From IMG/VR virus record IMGVR_UViG_3300045988_013378: a stretch of DNA of 40,169 bases. One strand, written 5' to 3'. Source of the DNA: a virus. Below, piece by piece: positions 25,892 through 34,813 of this stretch; positions within the stretch are counted from its first letter, which is position 1; each line of letters opens with the position of its first letter. The translations under genes and the position numbers were made by a program. The notes beneath the pieces are model-generated. The model did no database searches and was not told the origin of the DNA. It was given only the letters and a program-made list of their open reading frames with translations.

Positions 25892-27694
25892 TCATCGTTC
25901 CACCCCGAAATCTTTCAACCGATCCCAAGCAACATCAATGTAATATTGCTTGTCCAGTTCATCCGGGATAGGAAGGTTGGTCACATCATCATTGATGAAG
26001 AAACAATGATCCGGGGTGTTGCCGAACTTTTCAGGGTTCTTTTCCCGGCCCTTGACGATTTTCCCGGAAACCTTGAAGATTCCGCCCTTGCTCTGATCCT
26101 TGGAAGCGAACACCCGGAAGGTTTTATCCGTCTGAACCTCACCGCCGCTGAAGCGGGTGATTTTCTTGGAACGGCCTTTTTCATCCCTGATCTTGGCTTC
26201 CGTAATCACCGGGGAATAAAGGGCATATTTATACTTGCTGGACACCTTCACAACCTTCTGAAAATCTCGAAGATTGGAACATTCCATGATGGTTGTTTCC
26301 GGGCTGATCCCATGAAGGAAATAGTTCACAATGGCCCGGTTGACAATGGGAAGGTCATAATCCAGATCAGACAGCTTTTTGACATAGGCACCCTTGCACT
26401 TCCAGCGGGGTTTCCCTTTTTCATCACGAAGCGGCCCGGAAGGAATAATGATGTAATTGTTCACATCCTTCTGATACACCTTTTGAAATTCATCAAATTC
26501 AAGGCGCATCCCGGTTCTTTGCTCCCACCCCCAACACAGATCGTCCAGCATTTCAAAATCTTCATACCGGCGAAGTTTGACCAAAATACCATCCGTGTTG
26601 CTCTGGATGATTTCACAATGATCTTCCAGCCGTTCAATCAAATCCAGAAGAAGAAGCTGACCGCCCACACAAACATTGTTGGCTTGCCGGGGGTCATACA
26701 TGGCATTGTGCTTATCCTTCATAGCGCCATAGGTGCTGTTCAGAACAATCTTGTAAGGCTGTTGCATGGGGTTCTTCTCCGCCTTCAGCTTCAGGCGGGT
26801 GTGATAGATTTCCGCATACTTGGAAGGATCGTGAACATTACGGGAAAGCCACTTATAAACCAGCATCAAAGACGGGTAATAGGAAGCCACATCCACATTG
26901 ACAAACCAACCTTCCCCGTGATATTTGGGAATGGCCCCGTGAAGGCCACCCCAAGCGAACACATGGGGAACCCCGGCCACATCCAGTTCAAGGGTTTTGG
27001 AATAATCACGGTTCAAGGGGTTCTTGTACCAATTCAAAACTTCCGTGTATTTTTCGATCCGCAAGCTGGGCGGGAACTCAATTTCAAATTCATCATTGTG
27101 TTCCCTTTGAACGGCCCCAAGGATTTTGGCGGAAAGCTGTGCTTTGGTGCGGCCAATGTCAGAAATGGGAAGGTGAAACGCCTTCACAAGTGACATTTGG
27201 GCATCAAATTCATCTTCCTTCCGCCGTAACCACACTTCCACCGTCTGTTCCACATCATGGCGGCAATATTTGACCGTTTCGGCCAACTCTGCTTCAGTCA
27301 AAGGCCGGTCAATGTCGAAGGGAACAGAAGTTTCTTTGATGGAATGGCCCATGAACGCTTCCAGCGCCTTCAGGCTGATTGGCGGGTTCGGCATCACATC
27401 ATAATTGATCAGCGGGTATTCCCTGAACAGGCTTGAATATCTGTAACCGGGTTTGTCCTCTGCAATGATCCAATCATTCACAGGCTTTGGATCAAACCCA
27501 CACAGAATGGCCTTTAGGATGTACTGATCATAGTTCCGGGAATTGTAACCGGCCCAAATCACGCCCTTGTGTTCCTCATAGAAACGCTTCAGCTTGTCGG
27601 GATCATTGATAATCACGGTTTCTTTCCGGGCGTTCAGGTCGATTAGGACAACCAACCAGTCATACCGGAAAACCTCAAAATCATAGAAGATCAT
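25892..27694 (-). CDS. Family B DNA polymerase with 3'-5' exonuclease
   Basis: Exonuclease motifs YDFEV, GYNSRNYD and YCRHDV. Polymerase motifs DVASYYPS (A), LNSTYG (B) and SNTDG (C). Confidence 0.85.
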   Translation of the reverse strand: MIFYDFEVFRYDWLVVLIDLNARKETVIINDPDKLKRFYEEHKGVIWAGYNSRNYDQYILKAILCGFDPKPVNDWIIAEDKPGYRYSSLFREYPLINYDVMPNPPISLKALEAFMGHSIKETSVPFDIDRPLTEAELAETVKYCRHDVEQTVEVWLRRKEDEFDAQMSLVKAFHLPISDIGRTKAQLSAKILGAVQREHNDEFEIEFPPSLRIEKYTEVLNWYKNPLNRDYSKTLELDVAGVPHVFAWGGLHGAIPKYHGEGWFVNVDVASYYPSLMLVYKWLSRNVHDPSKYAEIYHTRLKLKAEKNPMQQPYKIVLNSTYGAMKDKHNAMYDPRQANNVCVGGQLLLLDLIERLEDHCEIIQSNTDGILVKLRRYEDFEMLDDLCWGWEQRTGMRLEFDEFQKVYQKDVNNYIIIPSGPLRDEKGKPRWKCKGAYVKKLSDLDYDLPIVNRAIVNYFLHGISPETTIMECSNLRDFQKVVKVSSKYKYALYSPVITEAKIRDEKGRSKKITRFSGGEVQTDKTFRVFASKDQSKGGIFKVSGKIVKGREKNPEKFGNTPDHCFFINDDVTNLPIPDELDKQYYIDVAWDRLKDFGVER

Positions 27695-27828
27695 CAACTC
27701 ACATCCTTTCAGCTTTTGTGAAATCGGTCAGCGTTTCCGCCTTATCAGCCCCGCCACGGGAAGGCTTTCACTTGGGGCCACTCCGGGGCTTTCGCCCCGG
27801 CTTGAAAGTGAACTTTCAAAAATGGTTG

Positions 27829-27877
27829 GTGTCCTAAAAGACACTTCCATTGTAAAAAATTTTGGGTCAGTTTTCAA
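27829..27877 (-). promoter_or_regulatory. Promoter TTGAAA-17-TACAAT with a 16-bp inverted-repeat operator 4 nt downstream (in front of the polymerase operon)
   Basis: -35 at 27872-27877, -10 at 27849-27854, operator GTGTCTTTTAGGACAC (minus strand) at 27829-27844. The architecture matches the early promoter at 37440-37488. Confidence 0.55.
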
Positions 27878-28337
27878 CCTCGAAAACTTCTTCAACGGTG
27901 ATGGAATTGAAGCGGGAATCATCGTAGTCCACCGCATATTCCAAGTTTCCATCAATGGCTTCCGCCACATCAAGAACAAGCTGGGAAAACTGCTTGTAGC
28001 TGGTGAAGCTGACAGGAACACCGGAATCCAGCTTTTCAAGGAAGCCCATAGCGGAAGCGATCATGTTTTTGTCATTCTTGGTGCCGTAAAGGACACGGTT
28101 CATGAAAAGGCGCTGGTTCTTGAACTCACCGGACAGGATTTTGAAGGACACGGCCAGCATGGGGCGGTTGGGATCGGCCTTGGTGCCTTTGATCTCCATG
28201 CTTTCCAGCTTCACTTCATACTTGCCAGCGGGGATGGTGGGGAAATCACCGCCGCCGTTCTTCTTGGCATCCTCCACATCAGCCTGAAGGCCCTTCAGAT
28301 CAACAGAACGATCAATCTTGTCAAAATCAATAGCCAT
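27867..28337 (-). CDS. DUF669-like putative ssDNA-binding protein
   Basis: MAIDFDKIDRSV...FPTIPAGKYEVKLESMEIKGTK resembles DUF669. It is adjacent to a Sak4-like ATPase, the usual pairing. Confidence 0.6.
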   Translation of the reverse strand: MAIDFDKIDRSVDLKGLQADVEDAKKNGGGDFPTIPAGKYEVKLESMEIKGTKADPNRPMLAVSFKILSGEFKNQRLFMNRVLYGTKNDKNMIASAMGFLEKLDSGVPVSFTSYKQFSQLVLDVAEAIDGNLEYAVDYDDSRFNSITVEEVFEVEN

Positions 28338-28365
28338 AGTTTTTTACCTCCAAAAAATGTATTTA

Positions 28366-28753
28366 TTAAATGGTTTTCAGAAGATCAGCCAACCCACCAA
28401 ACAGGGTATCAAGCACCTTGGCCGCTTTGTCAGCCGTTTCCTTGGCCCTGTTCATGTTGTCAACTTCTTCTTTCGTAGGGGAAAAACCACCATCAGGAAT
28501 GAACAGATCATCAGGAAGAACGGTGTTCAGCAGATGATCAAGGGCCGCATCCGCCATCACATCACAAAAATCTTCATGATGTTCAGCGTAATTCCGAATG
28601 GCGATCTTGGCGGCGGAACGATGAAGTTCGATCAGGGCTTCACCATCAGCACCGGGCGGGGGGGGGGATCAGGTTGGCGCACACCTGAATCTTGCGGAAC
28701 AGGCCACGCTTGTTCATTTCCTCTTTGAAATGGTTCAGGGCATCGTTTTTCAT
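28366..28753 (-). CDS. Hypothetical 128-aa ORF split by a C10 (minus-strand) homopolymer
   Basis: ATG 28753 sits behind AAGGAGG. The frame stops 4 codons after the run at 28658-28667, and the +1 frame is open from the run to 28366. A 9-nt run would give one ORF. Confidence 0.5.
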
Positions 28754-28766
28754 TTTGGGTTCCTCC

Positions 28767-29102
28767 TTATATTTGGTTGGAAATTATCTTTCCAATTTCC
28801 CTGACTGCATGGGCGATCTTCTCACGGTTTATCCGTTTTTCTTGAAGAACACCCGTGATAACTGCGGCTTCCGTCTGAATGTCCTGAAAGGCTCTGTGAT
28901 TGCTTTCAAGGTCAGCTTCATAGGAAGCAAGGTCTGTGTTCTCACCGGCCTTGGCCGATCTGACTTCTTCATCAGCCTCTTCAGCGTATTCCCGGAAATA
29001 CTTGGCCGCTTCATAGCCCATGTATTTTTCAACCAGATATTCAAAATCACGGGCCTTGAAGATGGTTTCAGGCTTCCCGGCAATCATCAGCACATCAGCC
29101 AT
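28767..29102 (-). CDS. Hypothetical acidic protein
   Basis: 111-aa ORF; TAATG coupling to the upstream gene. Confidence 0.5.
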   Translation of the reverse strand: MADVLMIAGKPETIFKARDFEYLVEKYMGYEAAKYFREYAEEADEEVRSAKAGENTDLASYEADLESNHRAFQDIQTEAAVITGVLQEKRINREKIAHAVREIGKIISNQI

Positions 29103-31087
29103 TATTCTTCACGCTTCTTCCGGGTACGGCGGGGCGGGTTAGCATCCGTCTTGGGTGCGGGTTCCTCTGCCTGTGCCTTGGGGCGATCCCACAGGGGGCA
29201 ACCATCGGGGCCGCCTTCCTTGTGGCAACGGTGGCCAGCGTCAATGGACGGACAAAGGGGGATTTCCGGGTTTTGATCGTGCTGTCTGAAAATGCGTTCA
29301 CCGTCCGGGCATTTGGGAAGATCGTTCCAAGGCGGGGTGTCACCGGTGGCCGGTTCATCAACAGGAACAGAATCATCCTTTTCACCGCCGCCCGGTGTCC
29401 AAGTTCCATCAGGATCACCACAAGCCGCCTTTGCCGCATCTTCAGCCGGATCATAGTTACCAGCCGGGGGCGGGGTTACAGTCTTGGCCTTTCTGCCCCT
29501 TCTGCTGGGCGCTGTGGTGGGCGTGTCGGTGGTTTCAGGTACGGGGGTAGCCGGGGCATTGCCGCCACGCTTCACGGCTCCTGCGGCCTTCTGGTTGGCT
29601 TCCTCGTAGACTTCACAGAAAGCGTCATAGGTCAGCGGGATTTCCTTATCATGGACAGTCAAACGGCCACCGCCGAAGATCACTTCAGAAGTCTTGAAAG
29701 ACAGCACCCGTTCATCATCGTCCGCCACGATACGGGCCACCAGATCAACCATACCGGCCACCTTGTTTGCCACCTTATCCTGAAGGTTCGGCTTGATGGA
29801 ACTGATCTTATCGCCGCCCTTGCGGGTCAGGTCACGGCTTCTGTCCTCATGGCTGATCAGGATGATGTTTTCATAGTCCAGATTCACAAGCCGCTTCAGG
29901 GTGTTCAGGAACTCGCTTCTGACCATATCCCACGCACGGAAGGAATCATCAGATTCATGCTTCCAGCCCTGACGGTCACAGATGTAAACCCGGCACGATT
30001 CATAAACATCTTCCAGAAGGTCAACCACGATGGTTCGGAAATCGTTCTGTTTCTTTTCCAGTTCGGCCACGGCATCCATGAACACTTCATAGGCCAACTT
30101 GCGCTTGGTGATACGGCCTTCCACCGTAACGGTGTCACGAATGGCGATATAGGGGGCATCCACAAACTTGATGTTGCCATCCGTGTTCAACATCAGGGGA
30201 TCGGGGAACTGATTGGCAAAGAAGGTTTTGCCGCTGAAGGGTGCGCCGTAAAGCCACACAACCTTCTTCTTGGTGGCGTTCAGATCACGGCGTTCATTCT
30301 TGGGAAGTAACATATAATCCCATCCTTTCTGACAATATTCTTCATACTCACACCATCCACAAAAATGGTTTGGGTTCTTGGGAAAGTCTGTGGCTTCAAC
30401 CATGTGCTTCACATCGGTCAGGAAGTCCACAATCTTCATGGGGTTGTACTGAACCGGCATCAGCGTTGGTTCAGAATCTTTCAAGGCCGCTTGCAAGCGG
30501 TCACGGAATTGGGAAAGGGTTTCGGTGCTTTTCTGCCTGATCTTGGGCTTGGGAACAATCAGGAAATACATATTTCTGATCCGGTGGCCGGGATGGGTCA
30601 GTTCATACCAATACTTGTATTCGTGAAGCTGACCGGAAACGGCGTAGTTCTTGGCGTTGTTGGAATACTTGAAATCGTACAGATCAAACGCTTCAAATTC
30701 ATTCAAATCTTCACCAGTGATCAGGCCATCCAGCTTCAGGCCCTTCCCCACGGGAACCAGATAATCCATGAAGCCGATGAAATCAGCGTTCCCAATAGGC
30801 AATTCAAAGGTTCCGCCCGGTGGCAACATGGCCTTTGCCTTGGGGATCATGGCTTCCAGCTTCATCATTTCATGAATGTGATCATCCGTCAGAACCGGGA
30901 AGCTGTTCTTGTAGAAGTCAAGGGCTTGTTCAACCCCTTCTTCAATGCCGGTGTGAAGGGCGGTGCCAAGGATCAGGGCGTTGTCTGCATCCGTGTTCGG
31001 GATCGTGTCTATCCCTTCCACATATCGCAAGCGGTATTTGTATGGGCATCTATCAAAGACTTCAACCCGGCTGTGGGAAACTCGCAT
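29102..31087 (-). CDS. Fusion protein: Cas4/RecB-like PD-(D/E)XK nuclease + Sak4-like RecA-type ATPase + Pro-rich, Cys/His-rich tail
   Basis: N-terminus SHSRVEVFDRCPYKYRLRY...DLYDFKY...CGWCEYEEYC. Walker A is VWLYGAPFSGKT. The tail contains CPDGERIF...CPSIDAGHRCHKEGGPDGCP. Confidence 0.75.
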   Translation of the reverse strand: MRVSHSRVEVFDRCPYKYRLRYVEGIDTIPNTDADNALILGTALHTGIEEGVEQALDFYKNSFPVLTDDHIHEMMKLEAMIPKAKAMLPPGGTFELPIGNADFIGFMDYLVPVGKGLKLDGLITGEDLNEFEAFDLYDFKYSNNAKNYAVSGQLHEYKYWYELTHPGHRIRNMYFLIVPKPKIRQKSTETLSQFRDRLQAALKDSEPTLMPVQYNPMKIVDFLTDVKHMVEATDFPKNPNHFCGWCEYEEYCQKGWDYMLLPKNERRDLNATKKKVVWLYGAPFSGKTFFANQFPDPLMLNTDGNIKFVDAPYIAIRDTVTVEGRITKRKLAYEVFMDAVAELEKKQNDFRTIVVDLLEDVYESCRVYICDRQGWKHESDDSFRAWDMVRSEFLNTLKRLVNLDYENIILISHEDRSRDLTRKGGDKISSIKPNLQDKVANKVAGMVDLVARIVADDDERVLSFKTSEVIFGGGRLTVHDKEIPLTYDAFCEVYEEANQKAAGAVKRGGNAPATPVPETTDTPTTAPSRRGRKAKTVTPPPAGNYDPAEDAAKAACGDPDGTWTPGGGEKDDSVPVDEPATGDTPPWNDLPKCPDGERIFRQHDQNPEIPLCPSIDAGHRCHKEGGPDGCPLWDRPKAQAEEPAPKTDANPPRRTRKKREE

Positions 31088-31425
31088 TGTTTCACCCCTT
31101 TCACAATAGTCTTGAAGGCTTCAAAGCCTTCCGGGTAAAGGATGAACCCGAACCCCTGTGAACCGTTGATTTGGGCCAAGTTACGCTTCTGAAGCACAGA
31201 TGGGGTTCCATCGGTGGCCTTCAGCTCTACTTCAAGGGCAATGCCCTTCACGGTGATCCGCATATCAGGAAGGCCACTTTTCACATACCGGCTTCCGCCC
31301 CAACGCTTTTCATAAAAACCACAGGGCGGGGCGCTCATGCGGTCAACTGGTTCACCCAAGGGATAAATCCCTTCACTTTCCAACCACTTCTTCAGACGGT
31401 TTTCAAAGTTCTTTTCACCGGCCAT
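31009..31425 (-). CDS. VRR-NUC-type nuclease
   Basis: GLPDMRI...LEVELK...SVLQKRNL is the D...ExK...Q motif of VRR-NUC. It is linked to an SNF2 helicase, as usual. Confidence 0.7.
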   Translation of the reverse strand: MAGEKNFENRLKKWLESEGIYPLGEPVDRMSAPPCGFYEKRWGGSRYVKSGLPDMRITVKGIALEVELKATDGTPSVLQKRNLAQINGSQGFGFILYPEGFEAFKTIVKGVKQCEFPTAGLKSLIDAHTNTACDMWKG

Positions 31426-31429
31426 CGGC

Positions 31430-31705
31430 TCACCCCTCCAACATCTGAATCAGGCTGTGAATACCTCTGACTTGGGTGAAGCCCTGAATTTTACCCGTTC
31501 CAGCGTAGAATTGGAACAGTTTATCATCAGACTTCCGCCAACAATGGAAATGTCCGGTTTGCTCATTCTTCAGTTGGTATTCAATGCCGTGGGCTTCAAA
31601 CTGCTGAATGGCATAGGCGATCCGGTCGGGGTTCTTTGCAACCCGTTCTGAATGAACCTGTTTGGCATGATTTTTCAGGGCATCCCACACTTCATCCCTT
31701 GCCAT
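31430..31705 (-). CDS. Hypothetical protein (91 aa)
   Basis: The likely start is MARDEVWDALK. The longer track ORF overlaps the upstream gene. Confidence 0.4.
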   Translation of the reverse strand: MARDEVWDALKNHAKQVHSERVAKNPDRIAYAIQQFEAHGIEYQLKNEQTGHFHCWRKSDDKLFQFYAGTGKIQGFTQVRGIHSLIQMLEG

Positions 31706-32099
31706 CGGCCCCACCACCTTCCGCCAAATAGTCACACCATGCAAGGAAGGCACGGCGCAACGGGTTAGTGTTGCCATCATCGGCCCATCCTGCAAAGCCA
31801 ATCCACCCATCCCGGTTGAAGCTGATACATTCACGCCGGGTGAAATAGTGGGCGTTCATGTAGATGTAACACTCGGTAATGTGGCCGTTGGTGGCCTTCT
31901 TCATGTCAACCCGTTTGCTCAAAGTCATGGTGACGGAAGTTTCACCGGCCTTATTGGATTTCTTCAATTCCTTCTGAAGCATCATGCAAAGGATCAAAAT
32001 ATCACCTTCATCAATGCTGTCATAGGTCAGGCCCTTGGCGCTGAAATACTCCCGAAGTTCATTATTGGTGCAAACAGGTTCAAAGCCCCGGCAACTCAT
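31692..32099 (-). CDS. Hypothetical protein
   Basis: 135-aa ORF behind AAAGGGG. Confidence 0.45.
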   Translation of the reverse strand: MSCRGFEPVCTNNELREYFSAKGLTYDSIDEGDILILCMMLQKELKKSNKAGETSVTMTLSKRVDMKKATNGHITECYIYMNAHYFTRRECISFNRDGWIGFAGWADDGNTNPLRRAFLAWCDYLAEGGGADGKG

Positions 32100-32542
32100 G
32101 ACTTATCCCCTTTCAGGGTGATCTTCACATAACCGGCCTTGGCGGTGGTCTTGGAACACTCGGAAGCAATGTCCGGGTATTTCTTCTTCAGCTTGGCGGA
32201 ATCAATGCTGGTGGCATTGGTGGGCTTCACAAGGGTAAGGTTCAGAACATCGGATTCAAACTTATCCACGCCGAACTTCACCATTGCTTCATACAGCTTG
32301 GCCTTCATTTCCTTTTCCTGATCCTCAATGGCCTTCTTGTGGGCCGTCAGGGAAGCAATGGCGTTCAGGGTGGCAAGCTGGGTGTTCTTGAACTCCTGAA
32401 GGGCCGTTTCTTCATCGAAGGTGGCTTCTCCACAGGTGTTGTGATCCTCGGAACAAGAGTATTCACAGAAACCACAATCCGGGCAGAAATGACAACACCC
32501 ATTGAACTTCTTCATAGGACATTCGTTGTTACATTTGATCAT
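32096..32542 (-). CDS. Cys-rich N-terminus + coiled-coil protein (possibly Gp157-like)
   Basis: 11 Cys in the first 37 aa (CNNECPMKKFNGCCHFCPDCGFCEYSC), followed by a helical region. The Gp157 resemblance is only my impression. Confidence 0.4.
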   Translation of the reverse strand: MIKCNNECPMKKFNGCCHFCPDCGFCEYSCSEDHNTCGEATFDEETALQEFKNTQLATLNAIASLTAHKKAIEDQEKEMKAKLYEAMVKFGVDKFESDVLNLTLVKPTNATSIDSAKLKKKYPDIASECSKTTAKAGYVKITLKGDKS

Positions 32543-33120
32543 TTTTCTGGTTCTCCTTTCAGATAAACATTCAACTGCTTCAGGCCGAAGGCGGAAGCGG
32601 CTTCATGGTTGTCAAAATAAATGTCGATCTGGTTTTCACCGTATTTGTCAATCACCCATTGGGCGGGGCGATCCTGAACGATGTATTCACCCAAGCCTTC
32701 CACTTCCACCACGGTTCCCAAGGGAAGCGGGGAAGCACAGGAAACACCGGCTTTCAGTTCCACACCAGCGGCACCATACACAATGCCGTTGGGCCGGTTC
32801 TTGGCCCATTCACCGCAACACTTTTCACAGGAACAATAGGCGGTAATTCTGAAATTGCCTAACAGCACCGGTTCAGGTTCGGCGGGTTCTTCCACCAGCG
32901 GAGTTTCCACCGGCTCCAAGGTCACATCCGGGGTCACGGCGGTAAGCTGATCCGGTTCAATGGGGGCATCTGGGGCCTTGCTGTTGACAGCAGAACAGCG
33001 CCCAAATATAAACCCCATTGCAAGGCCCATCAGAAGGGCCACAAGGAACATCCGCCTGAACCGCTGGTTAAGGGCTTTGCGGCGCTGTTGCCGCTTGCTC
33101 ATACTTTCTGAATAGTTCAT
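32539..33120 (-). CDS. Membrane-anchored 3D-domain protein (YuiC/MltA-3D-like putative peptidoglycan hydrolase)
   Basis: Transmembrane segment FLVALLMGLAMGFIF, a Pro/Glu linker, then FRITAYCSCEKCCG...AAGVELKAGVSCASPLPLGTVVEVEGLGEYIVQDR. Confidence 0.7.
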   Translation of the reverse strand: MNYSESMSKRQQRRKALNQRFRRMFLVALLMGLAMGFIFGRCSAVNSKAPDAPIEPDQLTAVTPDVTLEPVETPLVEEPAEPEPVLLGNFRITAYCSCEKCCGEWAKNRPNGIVYGAAGVELKAGVSCASPLPLGTVVEVEGLGEYIVQDRPAQWVIDKYGENQIDIYFDNHEAASAFGLKQLNVYLKGEPEK

Positions 33121-34426
33121 CGGTATAGTCCTTTCTCATTTCCAAAGTGGAAAGAATATCTTCTTCAACCGTTCCCGGACAGATCATCAGGTAATAGAAA
33201 CATGGCCGTTCTTGCCCAAGGCGGTGAATACGCTTTTGGGATTGCTCCCACAATTCCGAACCTTGGGGAAGGCTGAAGTAAATGATTTTGTTGGCAAGCT
33301 GGAAATTGCCGCCCATTGCACCGGCTTGATACTGAATGAAGGTAATGCTATTGTGCTGGTAGCGGTAAGCATCCAAGTTCTTTTCTTCACCGGAAAGAAC
33401 AGACACAGGCCGGTTCAGGCCCTTGGCAATCCCCTTCAGGCGTTCCATTTCTTCCGTGAAGTTATAGAACACAATCAAGCGATCTTCCGTGCTGTTCACC
33501 AAATCCCGGAAGGCTTCATAACGGGCCGGGTTATATAGGCCGCAAAGCTGACGGGCGTAAAGGCGGCGGGTCAAACTGGTATCACCGATCAATTCCCGTT
33601 CACAATGGGCATTGGAACCGTAGAAATCCGCATCCAGTTCAAATTCACCAAGGTTGGCGCTGTCAATCGCAATATAGCGATCATTCCAGAACTTCCAATA
33701 AAGGGGTGAAGGGCGGGTTTTGACCTTGATCCAGTTCCGTTTTGGAAGGCTGATCCCGGCCTGTTCGGTAGTCATGAAAACGGCCCCATGTTCGGCCAGC
33801 TTCATCTTCAGCCGGTCAACATTCTTATAGCCGGTAATCTGTTGCCGCCAAAATCCATCGGTTTCAACCCATTCCGTTTGAATGTACTGCTTCCAGAACA
33901 GTTCTTTTGAAATCTTCCACCCCAACAGTTGGCATTGGCTCCACAGGTTTTCATACTTGCCGCCCGTGGGGGTGCCTGACAGAAGGATCACATTATCCGG
34001 TTTCAGCCCAAGAATGAACTTTGACCGTTTGGCGTTCTCGTTCTGGATCAGGGAACTTTCATCCAACATCAGCGTGAAGCCGGTCAGGGTTTTCAGCACA
34101 TTCCGCCTGAAGGTCAGTTCGTAGTTGATCACGCCAATCATCAGGGTTGGAACTTCATGCTGAACCTGTTCAAAGAACCATTTGAAGGTTTTGGGGTTGG
34201 TCAGGTCGAACACACAATTCCGGGTGTAGTGGTCTTGAAAATGTTCAATCCAGTCTTGAACTTTTGAACATTGGCACACCACCAGATTGATCCGCTTGTT
34301 CAGCTTCATCATTTTTTCGGAACCAACAAAGGTTTTCCCAAGGCCCATATCAAGGTAATAGGCCACCCGGTTCTTCCCCTCGGTTTCATCAAGGGCCTGT
34401 TGCTGGTGCTGAAACAGCGTGATCAT
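33068..34426 (-). CDS. SNF2-family helicase
   Basis: LFQHQQQAL, MGLGKT (motif I), MLDESS (motif II), LLSGTP, and a C-terminal helicase domain with QSQKRIHRLGQ. Confidence 0.85.
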   Translation of the reverse strand: MITLFQHQQQALDETEGKNRVAYYLDMGLGKTFVGSEKMMKLNKRINLVVCQCSKVQDWIEHFQDHYTRNCVFDLTNPKTFKWFFEQVQHEVPTLMIGVINYELTFRRNVLKTLTGFTLMLDESSLIQNENAKRSKFILGLKPDNVILLSGTPTGGKYENLWSQCQLLGWKISKELFWKQYIQTEWVETDGFWRQQITGYKNVDRLKMKLAEHGAVFMTTEQAGISLPKRNWIKVKTRPSPLYWKFWNDRYIAIDSANLGEFELDADFYGSNAHCERELIGDTSLTRRLYARQLCGLYNPARYEAFRDLVNSTEDRLIVFYNFTEEMERLKGIAKGLNRPVSVLSGEEKNLDAYRYQHNSITFIQYQAGAMGGNFQLANKIIYFSLPQGSELWEQSQKRIHRLGQERPCFYYLMICPGTVEEDILSTLEMRKDYTDELFRKYEQAATAPQSP

Positions 34427-34791
34427 AGGGTTTCAGGCCCTTCAATCATGGAAAGGTAATTTTCCACATTCACACCACGGGAAAGAAGTTCGGCCTTCAT
34501 AGCCATTCCCAAGGGGCTGTTCAAGGCGTAATCACTCACCTGTTCCGGGGAAAGGGAAGTGATGTTGAACAAGGACTGTTTCACCAACTCGGAATGACCG
34601 CCACCGAAGGGATCAAAAGGGCAACAGTCAGGGGCGGCTTCAATGTCACGAACCACCATAGCTATCACCACGCCGGGGCGGTTCTTCAGCATCTTCACCG
34701 TGTTCAACAGGTGATCGGTTCCCATTTCTGCGGGGCGGAAAGCCTGTCCACCGGCTCCGATCCACAAGGTTCCATCAAATCTGGTTTTCAT
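34423..34791 (-). CDS. Hypothetical protein
   Basis: 122-aa ORF behind AAAGGAG. Confidence 0.45.
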   Translation of the reverse strand: MKTRFDGTLWIGAGGQAFRPAEMGTDHLLNTVKMLKNRPGVVIAMVVRDIEAAPDCCPFDPFGGGHSELVKQSLFNITSLSPEQVSDYALNSPLGMAMKAELLSRGVNVENYLSMIEGPETL

Positions 34792-34813
34792 TGCTTTACT
34801 CCTTTTCTAAAAA

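Noticed and set aside
28081-28096. 14/16 operator-like match (GTGTCCTTTACGGCAC on the minus strand) inside the DUF669 gene
   Set aside because: It has two mismatches in one arm, is intragenic and has no adjacent -10/-35 boxes. I kept it only as a weak candidate auxiliary site.
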